Shown here: positions 40,301 to 49,197 of the stretch, one piece after another
Position numbering within the stretch: position 1 is the first letter of the stretch
Layout of the letters: every line of letters starts with the position of its first letter
Source: an uncultured Thermococci archaeon
Lineage (GTDB): Archaea > Methanobacteriota_B > Thermococci > Methanofastidiosales > B48-G16
Assembly (NCBI GenBank): GCA_964595645.1
Contig: CAZQQT010000001.1
Location: 224,001-288,000 of the forward strand
Length of the DNA stretch: 64,000 nucleotides
Direction of reading: 5' to 3'
Notes under the pieces: generated by a model
Told to the model about the DNA's origin: nothing
Database searches by the model: none
What the model saw: the letters and a program-made list of their open reading frames with translations, nothing else
Program-made: the position numbers and the translations under genes

Positions 40301-41958
40301 TCAAAAAACATGTTTTAATAAACGCACTGAAGTACGATGGAGAGGCCAACCCACAGGCCGTCCTCGGCAAAGTACTCTCTGAAAATGCGGAACTGAAAGA
40401 GAATATCCCAGGAACAATAAAGAAAATAGAGAATGTTGTGGAAGAAGTGAATCAACTGTCATTAGAGGAACAGAAGGAGCTTTTAAGAGAAATATATCCG
40501 GAATACTTTGAAAAAGAGGAAAAAAAGGAGAAAAGAGAGCTCCCTGATCTCCCTCACGGTGATCATGTGGTTACCCGGCTCCCTCCGCATCCCAATGGCT
40601 ACCTCCATCTCGGTCATGGTCTCTCCTTCTTTTTCAACTGGTACTACGCTCGAAAGTATGATGGTGAGCTGCTCCTCCGATTTGAGGATACAAATCCTTC
40701 CAAAGTGAAGAAAGAGTACTACGAGAGTATTAAAGAGGATCTGCGATGGCTCGGATTCGACTGGGACAGAGAAAAGCGGGAGAGCAGCAACATCAAGATG
40801 TACTACGAGTATGCAGAAGAATTAATAGAAGGTGGAAACGCGTACGTCTGTGAGTGCGATAGCGAAAGGATACACAAGGATCGATTTGAACAGCAGGAGT
40901 GTCCGTGCAGAGATCGATCTACTCAAGAGAATTTGAAGCTTTTTTATCTCCTGAAACAGGGAGAGATCGAGGCGATCCTTCGGCTGAAGGGGGACATGCA
41001 GTCACAGAACAGCGCGATGAGGGATCCCACACTCTTCAGGATCAACAGGGATCCTCATCCCTACGTAGGAAAAAAATACGTGCTCTGGCCGATGTATGAT
41101 TTCGCGTGTGCGGTGGAGGACACAGAGGTCACACATGTGTTGCGGGATAACGAGTTCCAGTTCAGAGTGGAGGTTCAGAACTATATTCGCGACTGTCTGG
41201 ATCTTTCACAGCCGTATATCCGGCAGTACTCCCGGTTCAACGTGAAGGGTACCCCCGTTTCCAAACGAAAAATCCGTCCTCTCATAAAGGAAGGTATCGT
41301 TGAGGGGTGGGATGATGTACGACTGGCGACCATCCGTGGGTTGCGACGACGAGGAATACTGCCGGAGACGATCCACGAGCTGGGCAAAGAACTGGGACTT
41401 ACCACAGCAGAGCCGGTGATAGATTGGAGTCTTATCGAGTCGCTCAACAGAAAACTCGTCGATCCTATGGCAAAACGGTTCTTCTTCGTTGACAATCCAC
41501 AAGAGCTGATTGTGGAGAACGCACCTGAAAAGGAAGTCACACTGTCCATGCATCCCACCGAGGATCTTGGTGAAAGAACGCTTCATGTAGGAAGGAGTTT
41601 CTTCATTCCTACGGTGGATAAAGGGACAGTGCGGTTGAAGGATCTCTATAATATAGAGATTGTGGAGACGGGAGATACCCTTGTAGGAGCGTATATTGAG
41701 GGATCCGAGAAACAGGTGGGAGGGGCGAAAATCGTGCAGTGGGTGCCGGAAGAATACTGTCACGTTGAGGTGACCGTTCCCGATCTGCTTTTCATTGACG
41801 ACGAGGTGAACACTGCGAGTCTGGAGACGATTCGAGGAGTAGCAGAAAAGAATATTACCTCCCTCTCAGTAGGGGAGATCATCCAGTTCGAGCGGTTCGG
41901 GTTCTGCAGGCTGGATGAGAAAGGTGATCCACACCGATTTATCTTTACCCATCGGTGA
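40297..41958 (+). CDS. gltX: Glutamate--tRNA ligase (archaeal type)
   Basis: PHPNGYLHLGH, RFEDTNP, MRDP, VSKRK, IQFERFGFCRLD. Confidence 0.96.
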   Translation: MIKKHVLINALKYDGEANPQAVLGKVLSENAELKENIPGTIKKIENVVEEVNQLSLEEQKELLREIYPEYFEKEEKKEKRELPDLPHGDHVVTRLPPHPNGYLHLGHGLSFFFNWYYARKYDGELLLRFEDTNPSKVKKEYYESIKEDLRWLGFDWDREKRESSNIKMYYEYAEELIEGGNAYVCECDSERIHKDRFEQQECPCRDRSTQENLKLFYLLKQGEIEAILRLKGDMQSQNSAMRDPTLFRINRDPHPYVGKKYVLWPMYDFACAVEDTEVTHVLRDNEFQFRVEVQNYIRDCLDLSQPYIRQYSRFNVKGTPVSKRKIRPLIKEGIVEGWDDVRLATIRGLRRRGILPETIHELGKELGLTTAEPVIDWSLIESLNRKLVDPMAKRFFFVDNPQELIVENAPEKEVTLSMHPTEDLGERTLHVGRSFFIPTVDKGTVRLKDLYNIEIVETGDTLVGAYIEGSEKQVGGAKIVQWVPEEYCHVEVTVPDLLFIDDEVNTASLETIRGVAEKNITSLSVGEIIQFERFGFCRLDEKGDPHRFIFTHR

Positions 41959-42001
41959 GCGTCCAAAGGTTTATAATAAATAAAAGGAAAAGTACTCTCA
42001 G

Positions 42002-42727
42002 GTGATTGAAATTATCGACGCGTTGATGTATATCGAGGTACAGAGCAACAGGAAGGGCATGGTGCAGCCGGCGCTGAAAAGAGCCTTGGACGATATCCGA
42101 AATTTCGGCATTGAAATAGTAGACAGTAAGATCGAAGATGTTATCAAGGAAGAAAATGCGTATTCTGGTGTTCTTGAGCTGGAGATACGGGCGGATCTGA
42201 AGAACTACTTGAAGGTTGCCATGATTTACTCTCCCACAGCCATCGATATACTGGAGGGTGCACCCGTTCTCGAAAAAAGGGAGCTTTTAGAGACCCTTGG
42301 GGACGTATCGAGCATCATGAGTAAACTCATGAAAGAGATGGAGCTGACGTTTAAACTCCGTCCTGAACAGGTAGATCGTATCACGATTGATGAGGAGAAA
42401 GAGTACCTGCCTGTGACGCTGATCTGCGAAGTGCAAGGTGACGAAGAGAAAATTAAAGAACAGGCAGAGCTCGTCTTTGCAGACTGCCGGGCCTTCATCG
42501 AGAAAATGAAGATTAGAAGGGAGAAGGGTAGTGCGATGCTTGGCATAGTCGGACTTTTTCCCGATATGGAGTCCCTTTTTGAGACCACAGCCAAACTGAC
42601 ACCGGTAGCCTTTGCCACTGACAGAGATGAGATAGCACTTACTATGCGTGACGCGCAAGTGGTGGGAATGAGCCTCTCCTCGATCACATCGGATATCGCT
42701 ACCACCAAACTCTCAATGGATTTCTAA
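42002..42727 (+). CDS. Hypothetical protein with internal duplication
   Basis: Two similar halves (YIEVQS..YSPTAIDI / ICEVQG..LTPVAFA); TATA-like TTTATAA at about 41970. Confidence 0.7.
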   Translation: MIEIIDALMYIEVQSNRKGMVQPALKRALDDIRNFGIEIVDSKIEDVIKEENAYSGVLELEIRADLKNYLKVAMIYSPTAIDILEGAPVLEKRELLETLGDVSSIMSKLMKEMELTFKLRPEQVDRITIDEEKEYLPVTLICEVQGDEEKIKEQAELVFADCRAFIEKMKIRREKGSAMLGIVGLFPDMESLFETTAKLTPVAFATDRDEIALTMRDAQVVGMSLSSITSDIATTKLSMDF

Positions 42728-42827
42728 TACTGTCGATTTTTATTTCGTTTTTTGTCTATTTTATCTAACCATACGCGCTTCTCAAAGTATTGATGATCAA
42801 TAGTATACAATTTTTATAGACAATTTT

Positions 42828-42845
42828 ACCGAAAGCTTTATATAC
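42828..42845 (+). promoter_or_regulatory. BRE/TATA promoter of S-layer gene 1
   Basis: ACCGAAAGCTTTATATA; implies a leader of about 165 nt. Confidence 0.65.
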
Positions 42846-42907
42846 CCCTTTCAACATATTGCTCATCGGTAACATTAAATAAAATATAGAGTAATACACA
42901 ACAGTAT

Positions 42908-43011
42908 GGTGTAGGAAGAACCTGCATCAAGATGTAGTAGTTACCTGCATCGAATAGAAAGATGCGGGGAATGCCTGCATCATAGATACGGGATGTGGAA
43001 AAACCCACATC
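42908..43011 (+). repeat. Array of four 20-21 nt palindromic units (consensus GATGYRGG-N5-CCTGCATC) in the S-layer leader
   Basis: Units at 42908-42928, 42931-42951, 42961-42981, 42992-43011; CCTGCATC exact at 42921, 42944, 42974. Confidence 0.8.
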
Positions 43012-43031
43012 AACCTATAAGGTGATATGAA

Positions 43032-45131
43032 ATGGAAATAAAGAAAATAGGCGCCATATTTGCCGGCGCAATAATGATCGGCAGTGCAGTAGCAGCCGCA
43101 GCAAATTGGGACCCCTCCGAACATAAGGATTTCTTCATTAACCCAGAGACAGGTGAACCTAACAGCATCATCGTTGTCGGAGCAAACGCAGCAGCGTCGG
43201 ACGTCACGGCGTCCGGCTGGATCGCCGCACAGATCGGAAGCATGGCCCACTATGAAGAGGTCATGCCGCAGTACGATACTTCTGTATGGAACTCAGGTTC
43301 AGGGTATGTAGATGATAACTATGACGATATGGATCTAAACCTGGGAATGAATAACGCTACCTACAACTGTGACGCATTGGCTGTGGGAGACACGACAGGA
43401 GCCTTCAACGATCTGCCATATGTAGAATTAGACAGTTTCTGGTGGGATGACAAAAATGCAGACGACGAACTTGATAAAGACGAATCACGAGAAGAAGCGT
43501 TTGTCAACTTCACACGAGACCCGATGAGCGGGATATACCCGGTGATCGATCTCTACGACTACCAGTACCGAACGGTGATAGAAGATGACCCAACGTTCAA
43601 TGTCTGGTTCGGCGGACAGACGAACCAAGAGGCGTATGCCCTTGTGGACGATCCGGTAAAGGTTAAATTCCTCGGAGAGTTCTATGATATTATAGGGTGG
43701 GGCTACGATTCCGACTCTGGTGACGATTACGCAGTTTATGGAACCCCACACTACTCGGAGAACGAGTGTCGAGGCGACGACGAGATGGTTTTCGATGTCG
43801 GTGAGACGAAGGTCTTCTATGGATGGGAGGTCACCCTCGACGATATCAACATCTACGAGAACAAAGTACAGTGGCTGATTAAAGGACCGAACGATGAGAC
43901 ACCGTGCGAGTACATTACTGCGATCTCGCAATATCCTCCAGAAGTACCTCCAACGTTATGGGGGCCGGACACTTCCTACTGTCTTGCTTCCGTACAGCTG
44001 AAAGCATGTGAGTACGATGTGATCGGCATCACAGACGATATCTGTGGTTATGATTGGATGGTTGACTGGAATTATTATGAGGAACAAAATGGAGATCCTG
44101 CGCTATTGGCAGAAGGTAATGCAGAGCTTGTTGTCTTTGCCCTTGATACAATAAAGACTTTTGTCGGTGCAGCAGGGCACAACAAAGCTGTTGCATCGCT
44201 CTACGCACTGGAGGACTATGGTGTGCTTCACGATGCGGTATGTATTAAACCATGCGGCGAGAACGACAACCAGTGGGACCTTGACGTTGTCTGGCATCAC
44301 GATGTGAACTCTACCGGTACCGAGGCAGAGTACGTCGACCACGATGACGATGACGGGGAACCAAACTTTGGAGATTGGGTAGACACAGGAGGAGATGCAT
44401 TCCTCGATGCAGATGGAGATGCCGGAGTCACCGGCCAAGACGGTCCTTGGGACATCGTTCCCTGGTCACAGCCCACCTCGAACAATGAGCACGGTCTTGA
44501 TTACTATGCTGACAGAGAAGCCGCTCCAGGTACCTACGGCGATCCTGACGGCGTTGAAGTTGTCATCGCCATGAAGTTGCACACGCTCATCGACATACGC
44601 GTCTGCGGTTCTTCGCAGAAGATACAGCTCTGCAGCTTCGACATGCCCATGTGCGGCCCAGATGATTTCTTTGTCAATACAGGCGACGCTACACCGTACC
44701 TTACATTGTCAATAGATGACTCGGACGACCCGAACCACACTAACAATCTGATAGAACAGGGCTTTGGTTTCGAACAAAAAACAGAGTTGAAGCCGACGAC
44801 AGTGATGCACACGGTCGACATTGATCCGATGAGTATCGTGGTCAACGACGACGAGGTCACCGAGACCATGAAGATGGGGTACAACCTTATCCTTGTCGGC
44901 GGACCAGGACTTGTCGTCTGTGTCGGTGCAGAACCGCAGGTTGCCAACAGACTCACGAAGGACTTAGTGGATCAGGGTCTCTCTACGGTAGAGTGGACTG
45001 AATCTCTCGGTGAGTACGAGTACATCGCCGACGCCTTCGCAGAAGGAAAAGATGCGATAATCGTTGCTGGGGCTGACAGAGAAGCGACCAGATACGCCGC
45101 TCAGGCACTGCTCAACGATCTGACAGATTAA
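43032..45131 (+). CDS. S-layer protein paralogue 1 (Thermococcales/Methanococcales type)
   Basis: KKIGAIFAGAIMIG signal peptide, IVVGANAAASDV N-domain, NLILVGGP..VAN and IIVAGADREAT C-domain; highly acidic. Confidence 0.88.
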   Translation: MEIKKIGAIFAGAIMIGSAVAAAANWDPSEHKDFFINPETGEPNSIIVVGANAAASDVTASGWIAAQIGSMAHYEEVMPQYDTSVWNSGSGYVDDNYDDMDLNLGMNNATYNCDALAVGDTTGAFNDLPYVELDSFWWDDKNADDELDKDESREEAFVNFTRDPMSGIYPVIDLYDYQYRTVIEDDPTFNVWFGGQTNQEAYALVDDPVKVKFLGEFYDIIGWGYDSDSGDDYAVYGTPHYSENECRGDDEMVFDVGETKVFYGWEVTLDDINIYENKVQWLIKGPNDETPCEYITAISQYPPEVPPTLWGPDTSYCLASVQLKACEYDVIGITDDICGYDWMVDWNYYEEQNGDPALLAEGNAELVVFALDTIKTFVGAAGHNKAVASLYALEDYGVLHDAVCIKPCGENDNQWDLDVVWHHDVNSTGTEAEYVDHDDDDGEPNFGDWVDTGGDAFLDADGDAGVTGQDGPWDIVPWSQPTSNNEHGLDYYADREAAPGTYGDPDGVEVVIAMKLHTLIDIRVCGSSQKIQLCSFDMPMCGPDDFFVNTGDATPYLTLSIDDSDDPNHTNNLIEQGFGFEQKTELKPTTVMHTVDIDPMSIVVNDDEVTETMKMGYNLILVGGPGLVVCVGAEPQVANRLTKDLVDQGLSTVEWTESLGEYEYIADAFAEGKDAIIVAGADREATRYAAQALLNDLTD
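44892..44949 (+). repeat. 58-bp perfect direct repeat, copy 1 (copy 2 at 47376-47433)
   Basis: CTTGTCGGCGGACCAGG...GGTTGCCAACA identical in both S-layer genes. Confidence 0.9.
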
Positions 45132-45140
45132 TTTCCCCCT

Positions 45141-45153
45141 CTTTTTTTATTTT
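45141..45153 (+). terminator. Oligo-T terminator of S-layer gene 1
   Basis: CTTTTTTTATTTT after stop. Confidence 0.55.
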
Positions 45154-45157
45154 ATAG

Positions 45158-45318
45158 TTGGGGAACGGAACAACAAGTTGTTCCTCTGAGGGACGACTTG
45201 CGGTCGTACCGAAATAGAGAGGTTCACCGTAGTGTTGAGAATACCCACAAATTTTCGGCATATGGCGATTTCCAGATAGACAATACTTTAAAAATTTGGC
45301 CCTTTTCACATAAAAGGG
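45158..45318. other. Structured intergenic element between S-layer genes (putative ncRNA or protein-binding DNA site)
   Basis: Perfect IR GGAACAAC-AA-GTTGTTCC 45167-45184, ACGAC/GTCGT 45193-45207, CCGAAA/TTTCGG 45209-45258, CCCTTTT/AAAAGGG 45300-45318. Confidence 0.4.
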
Positions 45319-45350
45319 AGTAAAATAGTCTCTATTCTACACCCTATCGT

Positions 45351-45368
45351 ACCGAAACCTTTTTATAT
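45351..45368 (+). promoter_or_regulatory. BRE/TATA promoter of S-layer gene 2
   Basis: ACCGAAACCTTTTTATAT, same architecture as the gene 1 promoter. Confidence 0.65.
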
Positions 45369-45491
45369 GGTCTTCTGTTAATGGTAGATGTACCTTTGAA
45401 GATATCAAAGATCGGTGGTGCACTAACACATTCCAATGAGAATGTGGTTGCACGCCGAGAAACACAAAAAAATTGAAGGAGGAATAACAAT

Positions 45492-47615
45492 ATGAGAGTA
45501 AAAAAAATAGGCGCCATCTTAGCTGGTGCTGTGATGATTGGTAGTGCTGTGGCAGCTGCATGGAGCCCGGCAGACAATACGGATTTTTTTGTCGATCCTG
45601 AAACAGGAGAGCCAAATGCCGTCGTTGTCGTCGGTGCCAACGCAGCAGCTTCGGACGTTACAGCAGCCGGCTGGATCGCCGCACAAATTGGAAACATGGC
45701 CCATTATGAAGAGGTCACCAAGGAAGCAGTCACAGAAACATGGGACTCTGGGCCCTACTATGACGACGATCAGGGAGACAACTTAGTGACCCAGGACGAC
45801 AATGGTTCAAACAACGCTGACGTGATACTCGTTGGAAACGACGACGGAGATTTCACACCGTATCCACCGTACGATGAGCTGAGTACCCTCTGGTGGGAAG
45901 ATGCAAATCTCAACGATGTACTGGACAACACTGAGAAGCGAGAAGAGATATATGTGAACCTGACGCACGACTGGCAGTTTGTCAAAGATTCAAATGGATC
46001 AGTGGTGCAGTACATCTATCCGATAGTACCGGCTGGACCGAACTATGGATTTGAGTACAGAGTTGTTCTGGAACATTTCCCCGATCCAATAATTTGGTTC
46101 GGTGGAAAGTTCAACTGGACGCCGTACTACCTATACCAGGAACCGAACACGATTAAGTTCCTCTGCGAGAACTACGATCTCCTCGGCATAGGATATGACG
46201 ACGATGTCGGAAATTACATCTACTACGGAACCCCGCACTGGTCGGAGACCGAGTGTCGAGGCGACGACGAGATGATCTTCGATGTTGGCGAGACCAAATC
46301 CTTCTACGGCTGGGAGGTCACGCTCGACGATATCAACATCTACGAAGGCAAGGCCCAGTGGCTGATCAAGGGACCGGAAGACGAGGAACCCTGTGAGTAT
46401 CTTGTACAGGCTTCACAGTTCCGACCGGATCTTACGGGAACTGTTCCCGACTTGGAGTTTTGGCCAGGAAATTATCAAGCGCCTGAAACAGGTATGCCAT
46501 GGGTTGTATACTACGAATTGTTGATAACGCCTGTGGAAGCTGGCGGTTTCGGACTTACCCACCAGGCAGCGTACAACGAGCTGAAATACGTAGCAAACAA
46601 CCTTCCTGAGCATGAAGCCCCCTTCCTGTGGAGATGCTTCGCACAGAACCAGAACAAACCCTGTGAGTACGATGTCATCGGAATCACGGACGACATCTGT
46701 GATATCGAGGATGTCACGGTCTTCGCACTGGACACGGAGAAACTCTTCGTCGGTGCAGCGGGCCACAACAAGGCTGAAGTGAGGCTCTACGCACTGGAAG
46801 GCTACGGTATCATCCACGACGCCGTCTGTATCCAACCCTGCGGACCGGAAGGTGCACAGTGGGCACTGGATGTTGACCCGGGCAACTATGACATTGAGTA
46901 CGGAGACGATGCAGGTACTGGTGCTAACGGCTACCTCGATCCAACTGGAACACCAAACTACTACTCGAATCAACACAATGACGACTGGCCCAATAATTCT
47001 GGTACCGAACCAATACCAGACTTCAGAGATGGTGTGACTGAGGCATTCATCGGTCTGAAACTGATGAACCTCATCGACGTGCGCGTCTGCGGATCCGCAC
47101 GGACGATCCCGCTCTGCTGCTTCGATATCCCGCAGTGTGGCGTGGACGACTACTACATCAACACGGGAGACGCGCCCAAGTACCTGGAGCTGAACATCGA
47201 CGACTCCGGTGACCTCGAGCACACAGATCTTGTTGTTGAGGGCGGATTCTCCGTCACCCACTACAAGGGCGAAACGGTCACTACAGAGCTCAAGTCAGTC
47301 AAGATTGACCCGATGAGCATCGTGGTCAACGATGACGAGGTCACCGAGACCATCAAAGCGACCAACAACTTAGTTCTTGTCGGCGGACCAGGACTTGTCG
47401 TCTGTGTCGGTGCAGAACCGCAGGTTGCCAACACACTGACAAAAGACCTCGTGGACCAGGGCAAATCAACAGTTGATTGGGAAGCATCACCCGGTGAGTA
47501 CGAGTACATTGCCGACGCCTTTGTCGACGGCCAGGATGTTGTTATCATTGCCGGTGCAGACAGAGATGCGACCAAGGCAGCTGCCGAATCCCTGATTAAC
47601 GACCTGACTGCTTAA
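45492..47615 (+). CDS. S-layer protein paralogue 2
   Basis: KKIGAILAGAVMIG, VVVGANAAASDV, NLVLVGGP..VAN, IIAGADRDAT; colinear with paralogue 1. Confidence 0.88.
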   Translation: MRVKKIGAILAGAVMIGSAVAAAWSPADNTDFFVDPETGEPNAVVVVGANAAASDVTAAGWIAAQIGNMAHYEEVTKEAVTETWDSGPYYDDDQGDNLVTQDDNGSNNADVILVGNDDGDFTPYPPYDELSTLWWEDANLNDVLDNTEKREEIYVNLTHDWQFVKDSNGSVVQYIYPIVPAGPNYGFEYRVVLEHFPDPIIWFGGKFNWTPYYLYQEPNTIKFLCENYDLLGIGYDDDVGNYIYYGTPHWSETECRGDDEMIFDVGETKSFYGWEVTLDDINIYEGKAQWLIKGPEDEEPCEYLVQASQFRPDLTGTVPDLEFWPGNYQAPETGMPWVVYYELLITPVEAGGFGLTHQAAYNELKYVANNLPEHEAPFLWRCFAQNQNKPCEYDVIGITDDICDIEDVTVFALDTEKLFVGAAGHNKAEVRLYALEGYGIIHDAVCIQPCGPEGAQWALDVDPGNYDIEYGDDAGTGANGYLDPTGTPNYYSNQHNDDWPNNSGTEPIPDFRDGVTEAFIGLKLMNLIDVRVCGSARTIPLCCFDIPQCGVDDYYINTGDAPKYLELNIDDSGDLEHTDLVVEGGFSVTHYKGETVTTELKSVKIDPMSIVVNDDEVTETIKATNNLVLVGGPGLVVCVGAEPQVANTLTKDLVDQGKSTVDWEASPGEYEYIADAFVDGQDVVIIAGADRDATKAAAESLINDLTA

Positions 47616-47619
47616 AAAA

Positions 47620-47650
47620 TCTTTCCTTTTTTTCTTTTTAGTTCTCTTTT
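47620..47650 (+). terminator. Oligo-T terminator of S-layer gene 2
   Basis: TCTTTCCTTTTTTTCTTTT after stop. Confidence 0.55.
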
Positions 47651-49096
47651 TTAAATTCGCTTATTAAAATAGTTGAATGGTTTTGTAGGGAGACCTCTAT
47701 TTCTTTGCGTGTCTTTTCCTTCGTTAGATTCTTCTTCTGGTTTTTTCGTTACTTCTTTCTTCGTATTCTTTTTCTTCCCGCTTTCTGACCAATTCTGACC
47801 AAGAATCGTGAGGAATGTGAGTGATATCATGACGAAGAAGACAGTAAGTGGTTTTTTCCGCGGCTGATCTTCATGAGCTTCAGTACGCGGCGACGATGTA
47901 GTGTGCTGTGCGGGCGGCCTGGTGGTAGGAGTTTTTGTTGTCGGTACTGGTGTTTCCACGGTGATAGGAAGTGTTGTTGTCTCATCGTTCAACGTGACCT
48001 TCAGGGTATCGTGTTCCGTTTTTGGCGAGAGCTCCACCTCCATCTCTTTGGATTCGTGGTACTCAAGTGTTCCGGTCCACTGGACGTTCGTATCCATCCC
48101 TGAGATGCTTACGTCCACCTCGGCGAGTCCTCTCCCAGTGTTCGTCACCGTGAGTGTATAGGATTTCTGTTCGTCTACCATCACAGAGAGCGGGTTGTAC
48201 TCGAGTTCCACCTGCGGATCATGCGTTGTAATGTCGATATCCTCAGCGTACACCGTCATGGTGCCTCCTTGGTACACCAACCAGCCGATACTCGTCACGA
48301 TAATCGTGTTCTCTTTTAGAAGGTGGGTATGATCTTCCACAGAGATCACGTCGTCATTGATGGAGACATCCTTCCCATTTACAGTGACGATATCTTTCTC
48401 CTGTATACTGAAGCGCTCCTTCGTGAGAATTCGAAACCGTGTAGGGGCATAGATCCGAAATATGCTGTTATTGTTGATTGTTTCCATTTCAATAGTAATA
48501 TCATGCCATAGTTCGACCCTTTCTCCTGAGGGGAGGTTGGCACCCTCCTTGCTCTGCTTTTCACCGTTTACATAGAATACATAGAAAAGATCATTGTTGT
48601 ATGCGGACAGGTGAAACGAGTAGAGGTTCTGTGAATCTCCCATGTAGATGATGACGTCATCATCTTTGATGATTTTCTCGTACAAGGGCCTTTCGTCATG
48701 GTCGTACCTGTTCTCATAGAAGATAGTGAGGCTGACGTAGCCATCATTAAAGGCGATTTTATTGATTTTCACCTTCTTGAGGATAATATCTTTGAATTTT
48801 TTGTTGATCTCAGTGTCACCATATTTTAGGTGGAGATACTCTTTTTCCCACCGTATCGTGTCGTTATCTATCTGGGCGATCTGGATGCCCGCGGTAAATA
48901 CACAGCGGGAACCGTCCCAGTAGACTGAATCACACTTGTCCCAGTCTACGAGCTTTACCCTGTACGTGTACTGTGGACCTTCAAAGGTAGCAGGGGTTTC
49001 CCACGTGATGTGGAGATCCACACTGTGATCTTGACTACTTTGAAGGAACGGCGTTGCCAGTAACACCACTACTAACAATGTTGTCCATTTTTTCAT
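47651..49096 (-). CDS. Secreted beta-rich surface protein with CARDB-like domain, Thr/Pro linker and C-terminal TM
   Basis: MKKWTTLLVVVLLA signal, YTLTVTNTGRG CARDB-like motif, TTKTPTTRPP linker, TM, charged tail. Confidence 0.75.
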   Translation of the reverse strand: MKKWTTLLVVVLLATPFLQSSQDHSVDLHITWETPATFEGPQYTYRVKLVDWDKCDSVYWDGSRCVFTAGIQIAQIDNDTIRWEKEYLHLKYGDTEINKKFKDIILKKVKINKIAFNDGYVSLTIFYENRYDHDERPLYEKIIKDDDVIIYMGDSQNLYSFHLSAYNNDLFYVFYVNGEKQSKEGANLPSGERVELWHDITIEMETINNNSIFRIYAPTRFRILTKERFSIQEKDIVTVNGKDVSINDDVISVEDHTHLLKENTIIVTSIGWLVYQGGTMTVYAEDIDITTHDPQVELEYNPLSVMVDEQKSYTLTVTNTGRGLAEVDVSISGMDTNVQWTGTLEYHESKEMEVELSPKTEHDTLKVTLNDETTTLPITVETPVPTTKTPTTRPPAQHTTSSPRTEAHEDQPRKKPLTVFFVMISLTFLTILGQNWSESGKKKNTKKEVTKKPEEESNEGKDTQRNRGLPTKPFNYFNKRI

Positions 49097-49197
49097 AGGA
49101 CCACCGATGAGCAACAATCCATACTATGCATAGTACTCTCTTATTTTTAAAGGTTTGGATGATAAATTTTAAATACCCTCCAATGAAAGGGCCTTTC

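Noticed and set aside
42908-43011. Mini-CRISPR interpretation of the palindromic array
   Set aside because: Spacers are only 2-10 nt, units vary, no cas genes; covariation fits leader RNA hairpins
45167-45220. Hammerhead ribozyme
   Set aside because: CUGA and GAAA flank a hairpin, but the core reads CUGAGGG rather than CUGANGA, and I could not build stem III or an NUH site
45158-45280. TPP riboswitch (GGGG...UGAGA-AUACCC)
   Set aside because: Lacks the CCUGA and GCG pyrophosphate-sensor motifs, lies upstream of the promoter, and has no thiamine-related gene downstream
45112-45309. 65-aa minus-strand ORF between S-layer genes
   Set aside because: Runs through terminator and hairpin sequence with no protein-like features; not supportable as a CDS
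43032-47615. Diversity-generating retroelement acting on S-layer genes
   Set aside because: No reverse transcriptase and no TR/VR pair with adenine-specific mismatches; variation is indel-rich
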